From: Gnetum montanum
Lineage: Eukaryota; Plantae; Gnetophyta
Direction of reading: 5' to 3'
Assembly: GCA_015680685.1 (NCBI GenBank)
Contig: MNCI01001310.1
Coordinates: forward strand, 154,976-218,975
Length of the DNA stretch: 64,000 nt
Below the pieces are notes generated by a model. The model searched no databases. It worked only from the letters and a program-made list of their open reading frames with translations, and had not been told where the DNA came from. Shown piece after piece: positions 37,549 through 50,919 of this stretch. Position numbers and translations under genes: made by a program. Every line of letters starts with the position of its first letter. Within the stretch, counting starts at the first letter, position 1.

Positions 37549-38272
37549 CAAAAACATTGGTTTACTTATATTTATCTAAACAAGATCAGACAAGAAACCT
37601 ATAAAAAAGGTTGCAACCAAGACAACAAAAGAGATCTTATAAAAAACATTGGTTTGGTCATATCTTAAAAAGATCACTAGAATCTTATCAAAAAAGGTTG
37701 CCCTATTACACTGGCACAAAACTCACTAAGAGAAAGATAAAAATAAAAAAACTTACACAGGAAAATGTGATTGAATTGAAGACCACATGAAAATAATGCA
37801 AATAAATAATGATATCTCTGGTGACACGAATAGCTATATATAATGTAGCAATAGCAATTTTATATTATTAAAATAAAGATAGGATGATGATAATATCTCT
37901 GGATAGCTACTTATAGTGTAAGAATAGCAATTCTATATTATTAAAATAAAGATAGGATGATGATGATGGGAATATGTACAAAGTTTTATATACTGTACTT
38001 GAAATGTGTTTTTAAAATAAATCTACTACATTGAATGTGTTTTTAATCCCTTCTCTCAATTAACTGTAAATTGGTATAATACATAAATTAATTACATTGA
38101 ATCTAATTCTACTCCCTCTTCTCAATTAGGTGCACCAACATATGTAAATTGGTGCACCAACATATGTAAATTGGTGTAATACATAAATCAATCACATTGA
38201 ATTAGGTGCACCATAATCTCTGATTCCAACACCGTGGAAGAAATAATCTCTGATTCCAACACCGTGGAAGAA
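37549..38272. repeat. Cluster of short direct duplications (20-80 bp)
   Basis: Each present twice: aaaaacattggttt...aaaaaaggttgc; aatagcaatt.tatattattaaaataaagataggatgatgat; ggtgcaccaacatatgtaaattggtg; ataatctctgattccaacaccgtggaagaa. Confidence 0.8.
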
Positions 38273-39923
38273 GTTGATGTCCTACATAGGATATCTATTG
38301 AAGCATGTTTAAACAAGCCAGGTCACGGACAATATATTTAAATTGCATTGAAAGCTGCAAACATGTCTACGAAATTACAAGTGCACGTAGTCTCATTATT
38401 CACCTACTCGTCCAAGTAAATGGATTTGGCTATAAGACACATAATAAATAAGATAATATAGCATTTTAAAATCATCAGTCTTGTCATTGGAGGAACTATT
38501 TCTTTGATATTTTGAAATAAATTCATTCAACATATTTTCTTATGAATTACTATTTGAGCTACGTTACTGTGCTAGGAACACCCAAAAGCATCGATATTCA
38601 TCATTATTCAGCAAAGAAATCAAACTACACAAACCAATGTTTGTTAATCAACTTAAAAAAAGGAAGTTGGTATCCTCCTATATTTTCCTTTCCTTGGAAT
38701 TATTTATTCCTTTGGACCCAATCAAAACGTCTTCTTTCTTCACACGTTTTTCTAACTTCTCTACTTAACGAGCGAGGTTAAATGTTTTTGGTTAAACTTA
38801 GCTGATGATATGCAACTTGGATGATTTTGGTCGATACTTACCTCGGCAGATATCAATCCGGGAACAATTTTGACATTACCTGCGTCCCCAAGATAATTAC
38901 ATAAGCTAGAGGCCTCCTTCCTTCTAGAAAATGCATTACACGACTTACATCTTTCAAGGAAAGAATTCTGTCAGTTAATCTGTCTTGAAAACCGGCCAAA
39001 TGTTCTCCTCCCAAAGAATTACATCTCAGGACATGCATCACATCTGACAACAGCAGAATCAATCTCCTGATAATTCAGAGACAGCTCCAAGTACTCCAAA
39101 ACGGATACAACTACAATCTTACAGAAGAGTGGCAATGACACAACTTCATCCAAAAATTTTATTATGCCGTAACATGGCATTCAATATATATCATTTATGC
39201 AACAGCTCTCGGTACAAATAGTGGTTTTTAGCAACAAAAATGCTGAATATGGACATCAGGGAAATAACTATAATGGCAACCCATAAATTGACAAACAAGT
39301 GATTCCTATGTGTCAGAATAAAATTTCTATTTAAAGCTACCCATAGAAGCACCTTTAGTGTGCTATCCACATGAATTTTCTGGTCCGTAACCAGGTGAAA
39401 CACCTAGCAAGTTATCCAGAGTCAATGGGTAACCATCAAACCCAAAACTCATGAACTTCACAAAGCATGTTTCTTTGAAATCAGCAATTATTCAAATGCC
39501 TCTTTCCATTAAAAGAGCATAGTTGCAGTCTTGCCCATCCAAAACATTTGATTCTAATCTTAAAGCACAATTGTGTCCCCACACCCATTCATGTGAAGCA
39601 GAGGTTTTCAACAAGAAATAAGCAATCGCAATGGCCAACACCTTATGCCATGACAACTTGAAACATTTACAGATACCCAAATGTAGCAGGTATAAGAAAG
39701 GCACTTGTTTGTGCAGCATCGTTGTCTTTTTCAATCTACATGTGTTATTGCAATTGACAGAAACTGTACGTAAAAATATTGACAGCATTTGGTTAACCAT
39801 GTTCTAAAGGAAGAATCTTTTAGGCACTCTGTACTCACATTCTAACACCAAGAATGGCACAAAAAAACTCATTGATAATATGGATGCTCAGAAGAATACT
39901 CCCTGTGGGTGCAATTTCCTCCT

Positions 39924-40538
39924 TCAATGTGCACATTTTCTGGAGAAAAACCTACCAATCCCACCCCCAGATTTCTCACATGAGGGCTTTGACTCCCCCA
40001 TATTCAATGATCTTGATAAAGAATTTCCAGCCATGGAACGTGGTATTCTGTTCCTCTGGCCTGTGGACCTTGTTGTTGAAGGAGGAGACTTGGCTGGTGA
40101 GCTGGCCTCTGTGTCTGATGAACTGGGTCTTCTAGAGTGACCAGTATTATCTCTGTTCGAGTGACTATCTGCAATTGCACTCCTGCCAGATGATAATCCA
40201 GATTTCTGTCTTCTGTTTCGATGATAGGGTATATCTGACTCAGAACCCACTGATGCACTCCTGCTATTTGAGGTGGATCTCACATTGTTGTTGTTGTCTC
40301 TGGTAGGAGTGGAGAAATTGGAAGACTCCTCTGCCTGATGATGCTTTGGATGTCTGGGAGTTCTGTAACTTGCATCTTCCAAAGGCACTGAACTACTTGT
40401 CTGCATCATATTTTCATTGTAATTTGACATGTCACCTGAGTCTTTCGGAGATCTTAATGAATGCAGTTGTCTGCCAAGAAAATCAATTGTCCTTTGGCAT
40501 TCAGCAAGCTTCTCTGCTGCTGCAGCAATTTCCCTGTC
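39924..40538 (-). CDS. FPP: FPP coding exon 5 (terminal)
   Basis: cag|GAC AGG GAA; DREIAAAAEKLAECQ...GIGRFFSRKCAH*. Confidence 0.93.
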   Translation of the reverse strand, partial: DREIAAAAEKLAECQRTIDFLGRQLHSLRSPKDSGDMSNYNENMMQTSSSVPLEDASYRTPRHPKHHQAEESSNFSTPTRDNNNNVRSTSNSRSASVGSESDIPYHRNRRQKSGLSSGRSAIADSHSNRDNTGHSRRPSSSDTEASSPAKSPPSTTRSTGQRNRIPRSMAGNSLSRSLNMGESKPSCEKSGGGIGRFFSRKCAH

Positions 40539-43500
40539 CTGCATAAGTAAGAGTTAATCGTATCAACAAATGGGATATCTTCCCCCAGAGAGATATTAAA
40601 TGGGCATTTATACCAAGGATGAGAGAGAGTACTTGTTTTGCCTTCATTTCATTCTCTGCTGCCACTGCACGTGACAATGCTAGTTCTTCCTCCTTCCTGA
40701 ACATCTTAAAAAATCTACACTTAATATTTACAGATTTGGAATTGAATTGCCCAATAAATCAAATTGAAATACTCCCTATACATCTAGTGACCACTATGAA
40801 TTATGAATTAAAGGCAACGAAACATTATGCTTAACTCTGCATAATATTGGAGTAATATAAAAGCATGCTTGCAGCAGTTTCACCAACCTTTCCAACTGTT
40901 CAATCAGAACCCTGTGATTGGCATCTGCTTCTTCTTGATGTTTTCGCTCTTCTTCAAGCTCTGACATTAAAGATTCAATCTTTTCATGCAAGCTGGTTTT
41001 TTCAAGCTCAATCCTCTTCAGCTGTGATTCAAGATCCGATTTCAAAGAAATTAATGTTTCTGACTGACTCTGTGCTAGATGCCTTGAGTTCTGAACAGAA
41101 GCAAGTTCATGCTGCAGTTTTTCTACTGTTTCTTCCATTTCTTTTACTTGATTGTTTAAATCTTTGACTTTGTCTTCATGCGTAGTCAACTCTAGTTTTA
41201 ATTCATCTCTCTCCCGGCAAACTTCTAGCAGCTTCTCGTCTACGCCCTTAGATTTACTCAGCTCGGCCTGCAACTCAGACTCCAAGCATACCTTTTCTGC
41301 TTGCAAAGTCTTAATCTTGACTTCGGCATTTTCATCATTTTTCACTTTGGATTCAGCATTTCCATTTTCATGACTTCGAACACTGCCTGTGTCTGTTAAT
41401 GCACACATACTTCCATTGTCATTACCGCTATCTTTGTTTTCACCAAGAACACTCTTACATAATTCAGAAATCTCACCCAACAAAGAAGAAAACTCGTTGA
41501 CAAAGGAAACAGAAGTCAAGTTTCCATGGAAAAAGTCATTCACAGTTCTGCTGAATTTCTCAACATTGGTCTGCATGTTTTGCACTTTATAGGCTGGGAA
41601 CTTACGGGAACTTTGAATTTCTCTTGATATAGAATGAATCAGAGAAACAACTCTGGAAAGAGCTCCATCCATATCAGCATCCGTCATGTTTATCTGGATT
41701 TTATGACCAGGGCCAAAAGACTCTCCCTTTGCATCAATGGAACCATCTTGATAAGAGGTTAGAGTCTCCGGAAGCTTTGTCACATCAGTAGAGGTGCCAT
41801 GAACAATACTCGACTCTTTCATGGCTGACTTAACAGTCAGAATCACTTGCTCTGCATCATTAGTGCTGGTACACGCCTCAAAAATGGAGTCAAGTTTTCT
41901 TCGAAGAATCGCTAAAGCAGTCTCATTTTTAGCACTATTCAACTGCATAGCAGTTAGCTTCTGTTGCACAGAATCAAGTTTCTTTGAGAGCTCTGAGCAC
42001 TGTCGAATGGCAGCCTGGAGCTCTGAATCTTTTGTTGCAAGAATTTTTACAAATGCCACTCTGTCATCACTTTCACCCTTGTTCTTTTCCCCTGAAGTGT
42101 CTGATCTTCCGCCTGAGGATTCCATTCCAGTAGAAGGAAGAGAAGCCAGCCTCTCCATTTCTTCAAAGTCATCCATCAGCTTAAATTTCTCAGGCTCATT
42201 GTTGACCTTCTCATTTCTTCCTGACCCCTTATCTTTCTTTAGCTGGGGCAACCCAGACATCACGGCTGAAGAAGTAGCCCATGAATCTGTACAGCTTACT
42301 TCATCATCATTGCCATCCTCAGACATTGATGTTAAGCTAGGAGGGTTGCTTGTTGTGTGACTCCTAGGCCCTTCAGAAGACAATTCAAGAACTGATTTTC
42401 TCTGTTTCTGATCAGAACTGAAAGCTTCCAACTGTTTTTCAAGATATGAAATCCTACTCTGTGACTTTGAGTTCACTGACCTTGAAGCTTGAAGTTCACT
42501 GTTTCTCTTTGCCAATGCCTCTTTTAACATTTTTGTTTCCTCCTCCATTGCCAAAAGCCGTTCTGTCAGGAATGCAGATTCCTTTTGTCCTTGATGATCA
42601 TGCCCATAGTCATATCCAGAGTCAAATGCTGAGGAAACAAATGGGCTACTGCTCCTTGATGGCGATGATCTCCTTCGTCGAGGTTCTGGCAATTCTTTCA
42701 CATACTCTGCTTCCATCCTCATTTGAGCCAGTGCAGCCGGCCCAGGCAGTTTCTTTCTAACAAGACCCCTTAGCCGTTGGCACTCTCCTTCCAACTTTGC
42801 AATCTTCTTGACATCTTCCAAATGTTGCTTATTTGCGGCATCTGCACTCTTCATGCTTATGTTCTTTTCTTCTGTCCGGATTTCCAGAGACTTGTTTAAA
42901 AGCTGAATTTCAAAGGATAATGATGCATTATCCTTTTTATACTGTTCAAGATTAACCTGAAGCACATTAACTTGAGCCTCTGCTTCAGCTCTTAAATCAT
43001 GCATTTCTGCCAGTTCTCTGGTGCGTTCCTGCAACGACCTGGTTAATGCAGCATTTTCTGCCTCTCCTTGAATGATCCGATGGTCCAAAACTGAAAATTT
43101 GGAATCATATTCAAACTTTATTCTTTCACATTCCCTGTTCTTGTTTATAATGGTTTCACTGATTTTTCGGTCATACTCTTCCTTAATCAGCCGCATCTGC
43201 TTCATGCACTCTTTCAGAGCACCATCCAAATGAGACACTCTGTCTTCAAGCGCAGTTTTTTGCTGTGTTAAAGATTCAACTTGTTGCTTTGAAGCAGTTG
43301 CTTCAGCTTCAGCCTTCTCCCAGCCTAGAAAGAAAACAAAAGGGCATAAAAGGTGTTTCATGCCAAAGCTTGAATGACTAAAATACCTACATAAAAGGCA
43401 TCGGCTCTTTTGTAAACAAAATAGGAGCTTGTTCAAACTACCAGCTCAATAATCCTACCTGAAACAGCTTCTTCTGCAACTTTTGCATGTTGTTTCACCA

Positions 43501-45588
43501 GATTTTCTTTCACTGATATCTCTGAAAGAGCTGCGGAGAGCTTTTCGTTCAAATTTTTATTTTGTTCCCCTAGTTCTTGAATCTGCTGAGCTGTTTCTTC
43601 CAAATGCTCATCACGTTCTGTAATGGTCTTCAAGGCTTCCTGATTTGAATAGAACAATTCTTAGAGAAGAAGAACTAAAACCATACTTTAAACTAAATTT
43701 GGCAGTGACAATAATTTAACTGCAATTTTCCGTCAGCAACAAAGAACCGTTTCAAGAGAATATGTTTGATGTTGCATTCATACATTCAAACCAAAGACAA
43801 TTGTTAACTTCCTTGCTTCATAAATTTCGGTGGGGATTTAAAGTCTTGCTTTCACCATGGCGATGTTTTCATAGCTGGTTCATTGTTTCATACATTTATA
43901 CTGTCAGCAGGTCATGTAGATGCGATTTTAACCTCTAAGCTAGTTTGTGTTGTTGACTTTGTTTTTCTCCCTCCCTTTTTCACCCCAAAGTAAAAAGCAA
44001 AGTAAACAGAAACAGTAGGTGGTCAAATAGAACATCAATTCTTTACATGCAATTGCTTTTTTGAGGATGATTCTAGAAGGTTTTAATGCAACGAGATGAG
44101 ATTCTGCTCCACAATTCAATTTGCAAGGGGTCAAGGGCTCAATTTAGGCTGACAGACCAAAGACTTTTTTCATAGAAATTGCAGGAAATGGTTGGTTGAA
44201 AGAAAAGGAATAGAGCACTATGTACCAAGCATCCATGAAAAAGCCTGGGAATATTGAGCATATTCAGGTTTATTTGATCCTTTATAAAGTACTTGATTCC
44301 CTTCTGCTTTTCTGTCAATATGCAGAATATTACCAAAATGTTTCGAAAAGTAAGGATCTTTACCCAGGGGCTTAATGCTCATCCTGAAAAGTAGATGTGC
44401 AGGTAGCTGTAAGGGTCAACGATACCATTGAACTGTTAGGAAACGAGGCTGTAGTTCCTCATAGTTGACCACAATTTATTGATATGCTATTTCCAACCAA
44501 TTTTTAACAAATGCTAAGAAATGGCAATAATGCGTTCACTGATAGGCTAACCCAGTAAGTGAAGCTTGATAGCCTCTGTTCTGGTAGTAAGCTCAAATTA
44601 TTTTTTCTATTTTCCTTTTTCTTAAAAAGCATGCCATGAAGCGAGCTTTCGGCCCTGTGTTCACATACATAAAAACCTCAATGCCTTGAACCCAGGTTAA
44701 TGGCCTATAGAAAGATCTGGTCATTTAAGACAAAGGTCCAAAGAAAGAGCCCCCATTTTCTAGATATGACAAGTAATGCAACTGAAATAGAAGGTTATTA
44801 TTGCATCTATGGAGACCCTTGGGATCTACTCTACAAATTCAGTTTCAGCCATGTCTTGTAGAAAATTTATCTCAGATTAAGCATTGGGTTGAACCTGTTA
44901 CCTATAAAAATGCAAGTCACAATGCATACCAATAAGCTACACCTCATTAATAACTGCCAAAGGCTACAAAGTTATACTTTTACTCTAATCAGCTTACCAG
45001 CAGTTGGAATTACAATGTCTGGGTTTTATAAGTCAAGTTTCAATCCCTCACATGACAGATAGGATAACAGGAAGATGAAAAAATACCAAAGGAAAATCCC
45101 AAACATTGTTTACATCCAACAGGACAGCCATTTTTGCATTATCAGTGCACACACAAAGAAATAAACTAGAAAACTTAAAGATTATACATAAAACGTTCTG
45201 TTGCATCTAACATAAATCCTTGTTTGATATATCTTTGTTTATTAGCATGACCATTGTTATATCATCCTGCATGCAGCATTATTCACCAAAACAAACAGCA
45301 AAATAAAAATGTAAATTTTCACTTAAGCTTGACAGTATAAGAAGATTGTTAAACAACATATGGGTACAATGATAAGTACAATTCAAACTGAGGGATTTGT
45401 TCATTTACTAAATTTGCATGAACTCAAGTGGAGAAAAACCATTTTACCTCTAATTTGTTTGCCTGTTCGTCGTTTTGACGTGCTAAGGCAGCAAGCGATT
45501 CTGAAGATTCTGACACAGTTGTCTGTCTTTCTGAAGACCCATGTTTTTCTGAACTTTTCTTTTTCCATCCTAATTTCCGAAAATCCAT
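39924..45588 (-). CDS. FPP: Filament-like plant protein (FPP/DUF869 long coiled-coil family, FPP4/6-like), 5 coding exons, ~1140-1145 aa
   Basis: join(45588-45463 or 45448, 43639-43459, 43324-40888, 40696-40633, 40538-39924) is open with matching phases. Motifs: MDFRKLGWKKKSSEK, VKQHAKVAEEAVSGWEKAEAE, LEDRVSHLDGALKECM, KKIAKLEGECQRLRGLVRKKLPGPAALAQM, LMDDFEEMERLA, AAAAEKLAECQRTIDFLGRQL. Confidence 0.95.
40633..40696 (-). CDS. FPP: FPP coding exon 4
   Basis: cag|G AAG...AAA CAA|gtactc; phases match both neighbours. Confidence 0.85.
40888..43324 (-). CDS. FPP: FPP coding exon 3 (2437 bp)
   Basis: tag|GCTGGGAG...GAA AG|gttggt; lies within the 880-aa ORF. Confidence 0.95.
43459..43639 (-). CDS. 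FPP: FPP coding exon 2
   Basis: cag|GAA...TCA G|gtagga; LNEKLSAALSEISVKENLVKQHAKVAEEAVSG. Confidence 0.92.
45448..45588 (-). CDS. FPP: FPP coding exon 1
   Basis: ATG at 45588, W-K-K-K-S-S-E-K N-terminus typical of the family; donor GAG|GTAAAA after 45448 or CAG|GCAAAC after 45463. Confidence 0.8.
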
Positions 45589-48500
45589 GGTCACCTAGCT
45601 GAAAATGAACAACGACAAGCAAATTTAAGAAAAGTGCATAGTACATTCATCACTGACCTCTGTAACAAGGTAACATTTAGTAACTTTGAAGCAGTTTTGA
45701 GCATGAAAAGTTAACCAAGTGCAATGAAAGAAAAACCAAGATCCAAGTTGTTACCAGCTGTAGGAAGCAAGAACTAAGTATATACTTAACAAAATGCCCA
45801 ATGGAAACAGCAGGCCTCGTTTATATCCTAATTGCTTCTGGGTCAACTATAGAAAGAGAAGTGACAACTACGAAACATGTCAATTTTCAAAAAAGGAATA
45901 CCAATCTTGGAAAAGAGAATGCTAACTTCTGCAAATACAATGGGGAAACAAATATATATCATCAAGTATTGCATGTTAGTTTAGGCAAATTTCCTGACAA
46001 GGCACATTTGAAGACCTTAAACAGGGTAGACGAATCAAAGACCAAGTTATTCAGGCTGTTATAAACCAAATGGTGACTTTTAAAGCAAGCATACATATAA
46101 ATTAAAATACTAAAAATAGACAACACTTGATAACATGTATTAGACAAGCCTCCTTTTTGACTTCGGCACACCCATGTTTCAATAAAAGATTCCTCCCTTT
46201 GCATCCAAGCTACCGCATTTAAAGTTTTTGGGATAGCTATCATGTGCATGCTAAAGTAGATAATTTTCCACTGAATGATTTTCCAGCTTGAACCCCGACA
46301 ACAGGCATATGCAGCCATGATAATTGCGGAGTACCGATCAAAATTGATGTTTTGGGTTGGCGAAAGAACAAAAGCAGCAGGAAACAGCTGGAGAATCAGA
46401 GAAAAAGATGAGCGCATTATTGGAATTCAAAGTTTTATAGCTGTTTTGTCCCAGTCCTAGTAGGTATCAACAACAGGCCCCAAACGTATGTTACAAGAGA
46501 TAGAGAAAAAGGGTGCAAAGAATGTCCAGGACAAATCTTAGGAATAATATATTGTTGGATGCAAAAGTTGGAACCCAACAACAGGTCATTTGGTAAAATA
46601 CACATCCATCGTAGAACATGAAAATCAGACCAAAAGAAGCGCGCAGTGACATCCAGGTCTGCTTTAAAAATTCAGAATCTTTGATAAACATGAAAAAACC
46701 AAAAAAAAAAATCAAATTGTTCAGAGTATATGCATAGCGCAGGTTAGCAAAATTGCAGAGATAATTTGAAATTCTTATAACTGCTAAACTATCCATGCAT
46801 AGAGAAAAACGAAAATAGAGCAAGAACTAGAGAGCAAAAGTTTATAAACTGGGGCACTCGAGTTCGTTTCAGACGTAGTCAAACGATGATTCCCCACTTG
46901 CTTCCTGAGAAGGTGCGCATTTCTAGGAAATTGAACATCCAAAATTGGAAAAACTAAGACAAAGAAAACGAGTAAAGTAAGATACCAGACCGTCACTTGC
47001 ACATCTAAAACACAGTGTTACAATCCTGAACTAGGATAGAAAAATTCGTCGGAAAATTGAAATTGAAAAAAAAAACAATTCGATTTCAGAGGGTATCATT
47101 CATATTTTTCTGGGTTGATATGGACGATACTCTCTTTGCAGGCGGAAATTACTGAAAAGCGAAAATCCCTGGGAAAGAGATTGGACGAGAAATTTGTTAT
47201 ACTTCATTGCTAAACAGCAGCAGAATTAATATTGATTTTGCTCAGAAATAGACGTGAAGGGCATATCGATGGCTACGATGCCTACTGTGATATGAAAACG
47301 CTTGATTCTAATAAGTCCAGTACCCAGATCAAGAAGCCCAAGCAAAAAGCAAGGCAAAAATTATTCGTTACAGTAAGCTCGAAACAAAAGGAAAAGAATC
47401 CACCACCATTAGATCCTGAAGGAAGGCTCTGTGAATGGCAAAATTCATAAAATCCCCAGTTTTCTGTTGAACTAATAATGCACATGCAAATCCTAAAACA
47501 TTCATAAAGCCGTAGCTAAAGCCCTATTGAAGGAGGAATCAACTGCTACTAGTTTTAACAGCATCCCAACCAACGAGAAAATGCTGAAACGAATGGGCAT
47601 ATTCCTGATCTGGCGCAGCGACCCATTAACATTTGCAGACAGATTGCCATGCGGAAACAAAAACTCTTCATGAGTCAGAAGTTGTGAATCGAATTTCTAC
47701 ATTGGTCAGTGACAGGCTCCGCCCAACCAAATTGCAGGAGCTGCAGCAGCAGCAGCCGACTGTCAACAAAACACAAACAGCGTCCGAGAAAGACGCGGCA
47801 CCAAAAATCTCACAAATGTTCAGCAAAAACTTAAAAATTCTAATCAGTATTCAGAATTCAGAAGCAAACAGCCCACCCACAATCCACATTACCAAATAAA
47901 TGGGTTTTAGGGCGGAGAGCGAAATGCCAACTGCGGCCAATCTGAGAAATTAGTTGCAGGATAAGAAATTGAAGAACCTGAGACAAGTATTTGAATCTCT
48001 GCCAAAAAACAAACCCACCCAGAAAGCCTCTGATTTTGAAGAGACAACTAACCACTACAGCGACAGAGCATGGGCCAGCCGGCGGACAGGAAAAGAAAGG
48101 AAACGTAATGGAGAAAAGGAAAAGAAACGGAACCTGCTAAAAAAAACAACAGCAAATCAATCTTCGGGGGAAATTTGTGAGATGCAGATTGGAAGAGTCA
48201 TCGGTACATTTTTTTTCTGGTAGATCCTCAAGCAAAAGCCATGGCTGCTGCAGCAGCAGGAGGCTGCTGTTCATGAAGAAGATTGATGGATTTCTCCATC
48301 AGAAATAGATAGAATAGAGAAAGAGATGATGATAATGATGAAGTCACTATGTTTCTTCTTCGGTTCTTGTGTTCCTTTTTTTTGCGTCTCAAGATTTCTG
48401 TAGCCTTTCCTTTTTCTTTTCAATCCGTGGGTATTTTTTCAACCAGATAAAAGTGTGATGGCAGGAGCAGTATTTTTGGCTCTGCTCTCTCTGCAACTTC

Positions 48501-50919
48501 TGCCTCTGTTTCTTCTTCTTTTTCTCCTCCTGCTGCTCAGCTTAGCATGCCTGGCAGGTCCTCCTGCTCCTGTAGATTCCTGAATGTGCGCCCACAATGC
48601 CAGATCAAAAATCAAATTTTAATGTAAGTAGTTGCTAGTTGCTACCCGTGGAAAAGGGATTTGGGATTTGATTAGAAATACTGCTGCCAACCTTGTTATA
48701 TTCTCCTTTAGATTAGATTATTCGCCAATTGTTTTTGCCGCCGGGCACCTCTTTTGTATTTTGCTTTTGCCTGCTCGTGAAATCCAGAAAAAACTGAGAA
48801 AAAAACACACCATTCAATCTGTGGATTGAAAGAAAATTTTTTTGGTTTTGGCTACCGACTCTCTTGCTCCACTCCTTCCAAATGAATGAACGAGCTTTCC
48901 AGGTAATGATGTCAAACGTTGCCTGCTGCTGCAATTCTGTTTGGGTAGGTGGGTCCCCAATTTGAAAATGGAATGTGGGTCAGCTCTGCTCTGTACTGTA
49001 CAGCATTTCTCTGCTCTTTTCTGTGCTCTTCTTGTCTTGAAACCTTCAATCTCAGATTTCTTCTTCAACTCTGACCCTTTTTCACATACAGAGGGATCAT
49101 ATCATATCATTTCATTTCAGCCGTTAACATACATTTTAGTGGACCATCATGGGTCTACATCAAAAGCTGTTACCACCGCTGCTGCTGGCCAGTTCCGATT
49201 TACAATAATGAAGATTTGCACGGCCCATTAAAAGAGTTTAATGATCATTGCAGTCATATCCGTGTCTTGATCCACCCAAAGCCAGATTTGCATTGGAAAT
49301 CTCGGCTTTAACCGCAGTGAAGAGGTATTTCCAGGGCAAATTGCAGACCAGGTTGAAAATCCACGGCATACCTTGAAAGGTACAGATATAGGTATATATA
49401 TACACACACAGATAATTACAGTAAATAAAATATCTGCCCTGGAGAAACTCCACAGGAGGCATGCTGCGTCCGTTGCAAAATTCGACATAAACCCAGCACC
49501 TGATCTGCATGCAAAATTTCCCGAAATGCCAGGAAACGGCATTCCCAGAAAAAACTTCCAGATTGGATCGTAAATAATAAACATACATATCCTGGAGCAG
49601 ATCTGCAGGAGAAGCAGGGAAGGAATTTCAGATATGCAAACAAGTAGATACTTCGGATTGAACAAGGAGAGATAATTTGGAAAATAAACACAGAAAGATG
49701 TTCTTTTTTCACAAATCTGGATAGTATCAGAATCTCCGGACATGTGGCCACTTACAATTATGGGTTTTGGCTTTGGGTAGAGTACAAACAGGCCCATCGT
49801 GAGACCCACGGCAGCATCCGATGTTGGTTTCTTTAGAATTAATTCAATGAAACGCAATGCTGTTTCTGGATTTACATGATTTGATTTGTTTTGCAAGGAA
49901 CCTTGCACGATTCACAGCAAACAACAAAAGGCAAAAAGAAGCCGGAGCAGCAGCAGCGGAAGAAACAAGTCTAAGTCCAAACCTAACCTAACCTCCATGA
50001 AAGAATAAATATGATTGGACGAACTCCTACTCATCACCGGATTGCTGATCACTTTTTGTTTTGTTTATTCGCCTCTTACGAATATGTCGCTATTGGCTTT
50101 GAAAATTTTTCTTTATTTTTATTCAAGGCCAAACCTCCCAAGGATTCTCTTGGCTCTTTCCTTCCTTGTTTTCCCTAGAATTGCCAATATTCCTCCACCC
50201 ATTAATGCATGATCCAGATATGCCATGGCCAGTCCCGTTTGTGGGTTCTTTCAATGCATGCATGGGAGATGCTTCGTTTGTACAATCGATCTCCATGGCC
50301 GCTTGTTTGATTGTTATGATGAGCATCTTTGACTCCCAAGCCATGGTTAAATATTTGATTATGTTGGTTTGATTGAGGAAAAATTTGAAGCATAAATTTG
50401 ACACATTGTCGACATGATGTAAATGACATAAGAGGATTGATTTAAGGTACGAACAACATATTCTAATGTAATCTTTAATTAAGAATAATTTTTAAAAACT
50501 ATGCATTGTGTCATCAAAGTTTGTAGATTGTTTGTAACAATGACTTGCAAAAGTACGGAGAAAACTATTATGAATGTGTAATATAAAAGTTGCTTCATGG
50601 TGAACACATTCGTAAAGACAAGTTTAATTTAAAATCACATATTTGAAAATGACATGGGTACTTCAAAGGTATGGTTAAATTTTAGCTAAAGAAAATGATA
50701 TCACATGAAATCTTAGATAACTAGCTTATAGATATCTAAAAACAAAATCACTCATCCATCCTTTGTTTCCAATAAATAGTATGTTGTATATGGTAGACTT
50801 TAGTAAGAACTTCTTTTTATGAATAAGTGGATTTTTATAAATGATTCTATTTCTAATTAATATGTTGTCAAAGAATACTTAGAAGTTAGATGTACTAAGT
50901 GTGGGGTTGGTGGGGATTT

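Noticed and set aside
38834-38843. ATACTTACCT resembling the U1 snRNA 5' end
   Set aside because: The downstream sequence does not follow U1. It is equally a consensus splice donor (AG|GTAAGT) on the minus strand, or chance.
40865-42760. Plus-strand ORFs (100-179 aa) overlapping FPP exon 3
   Set aside because: Antisense shadows of a long coding exon; Ser/Leu/Phe-rich with no independent features.
49228-49908. 226-aa minus-strand ORF
   Set aside because: GTG start, no recognisable motif, and composition typical of translated T-rich leader/intron DNA upstream of FPP.
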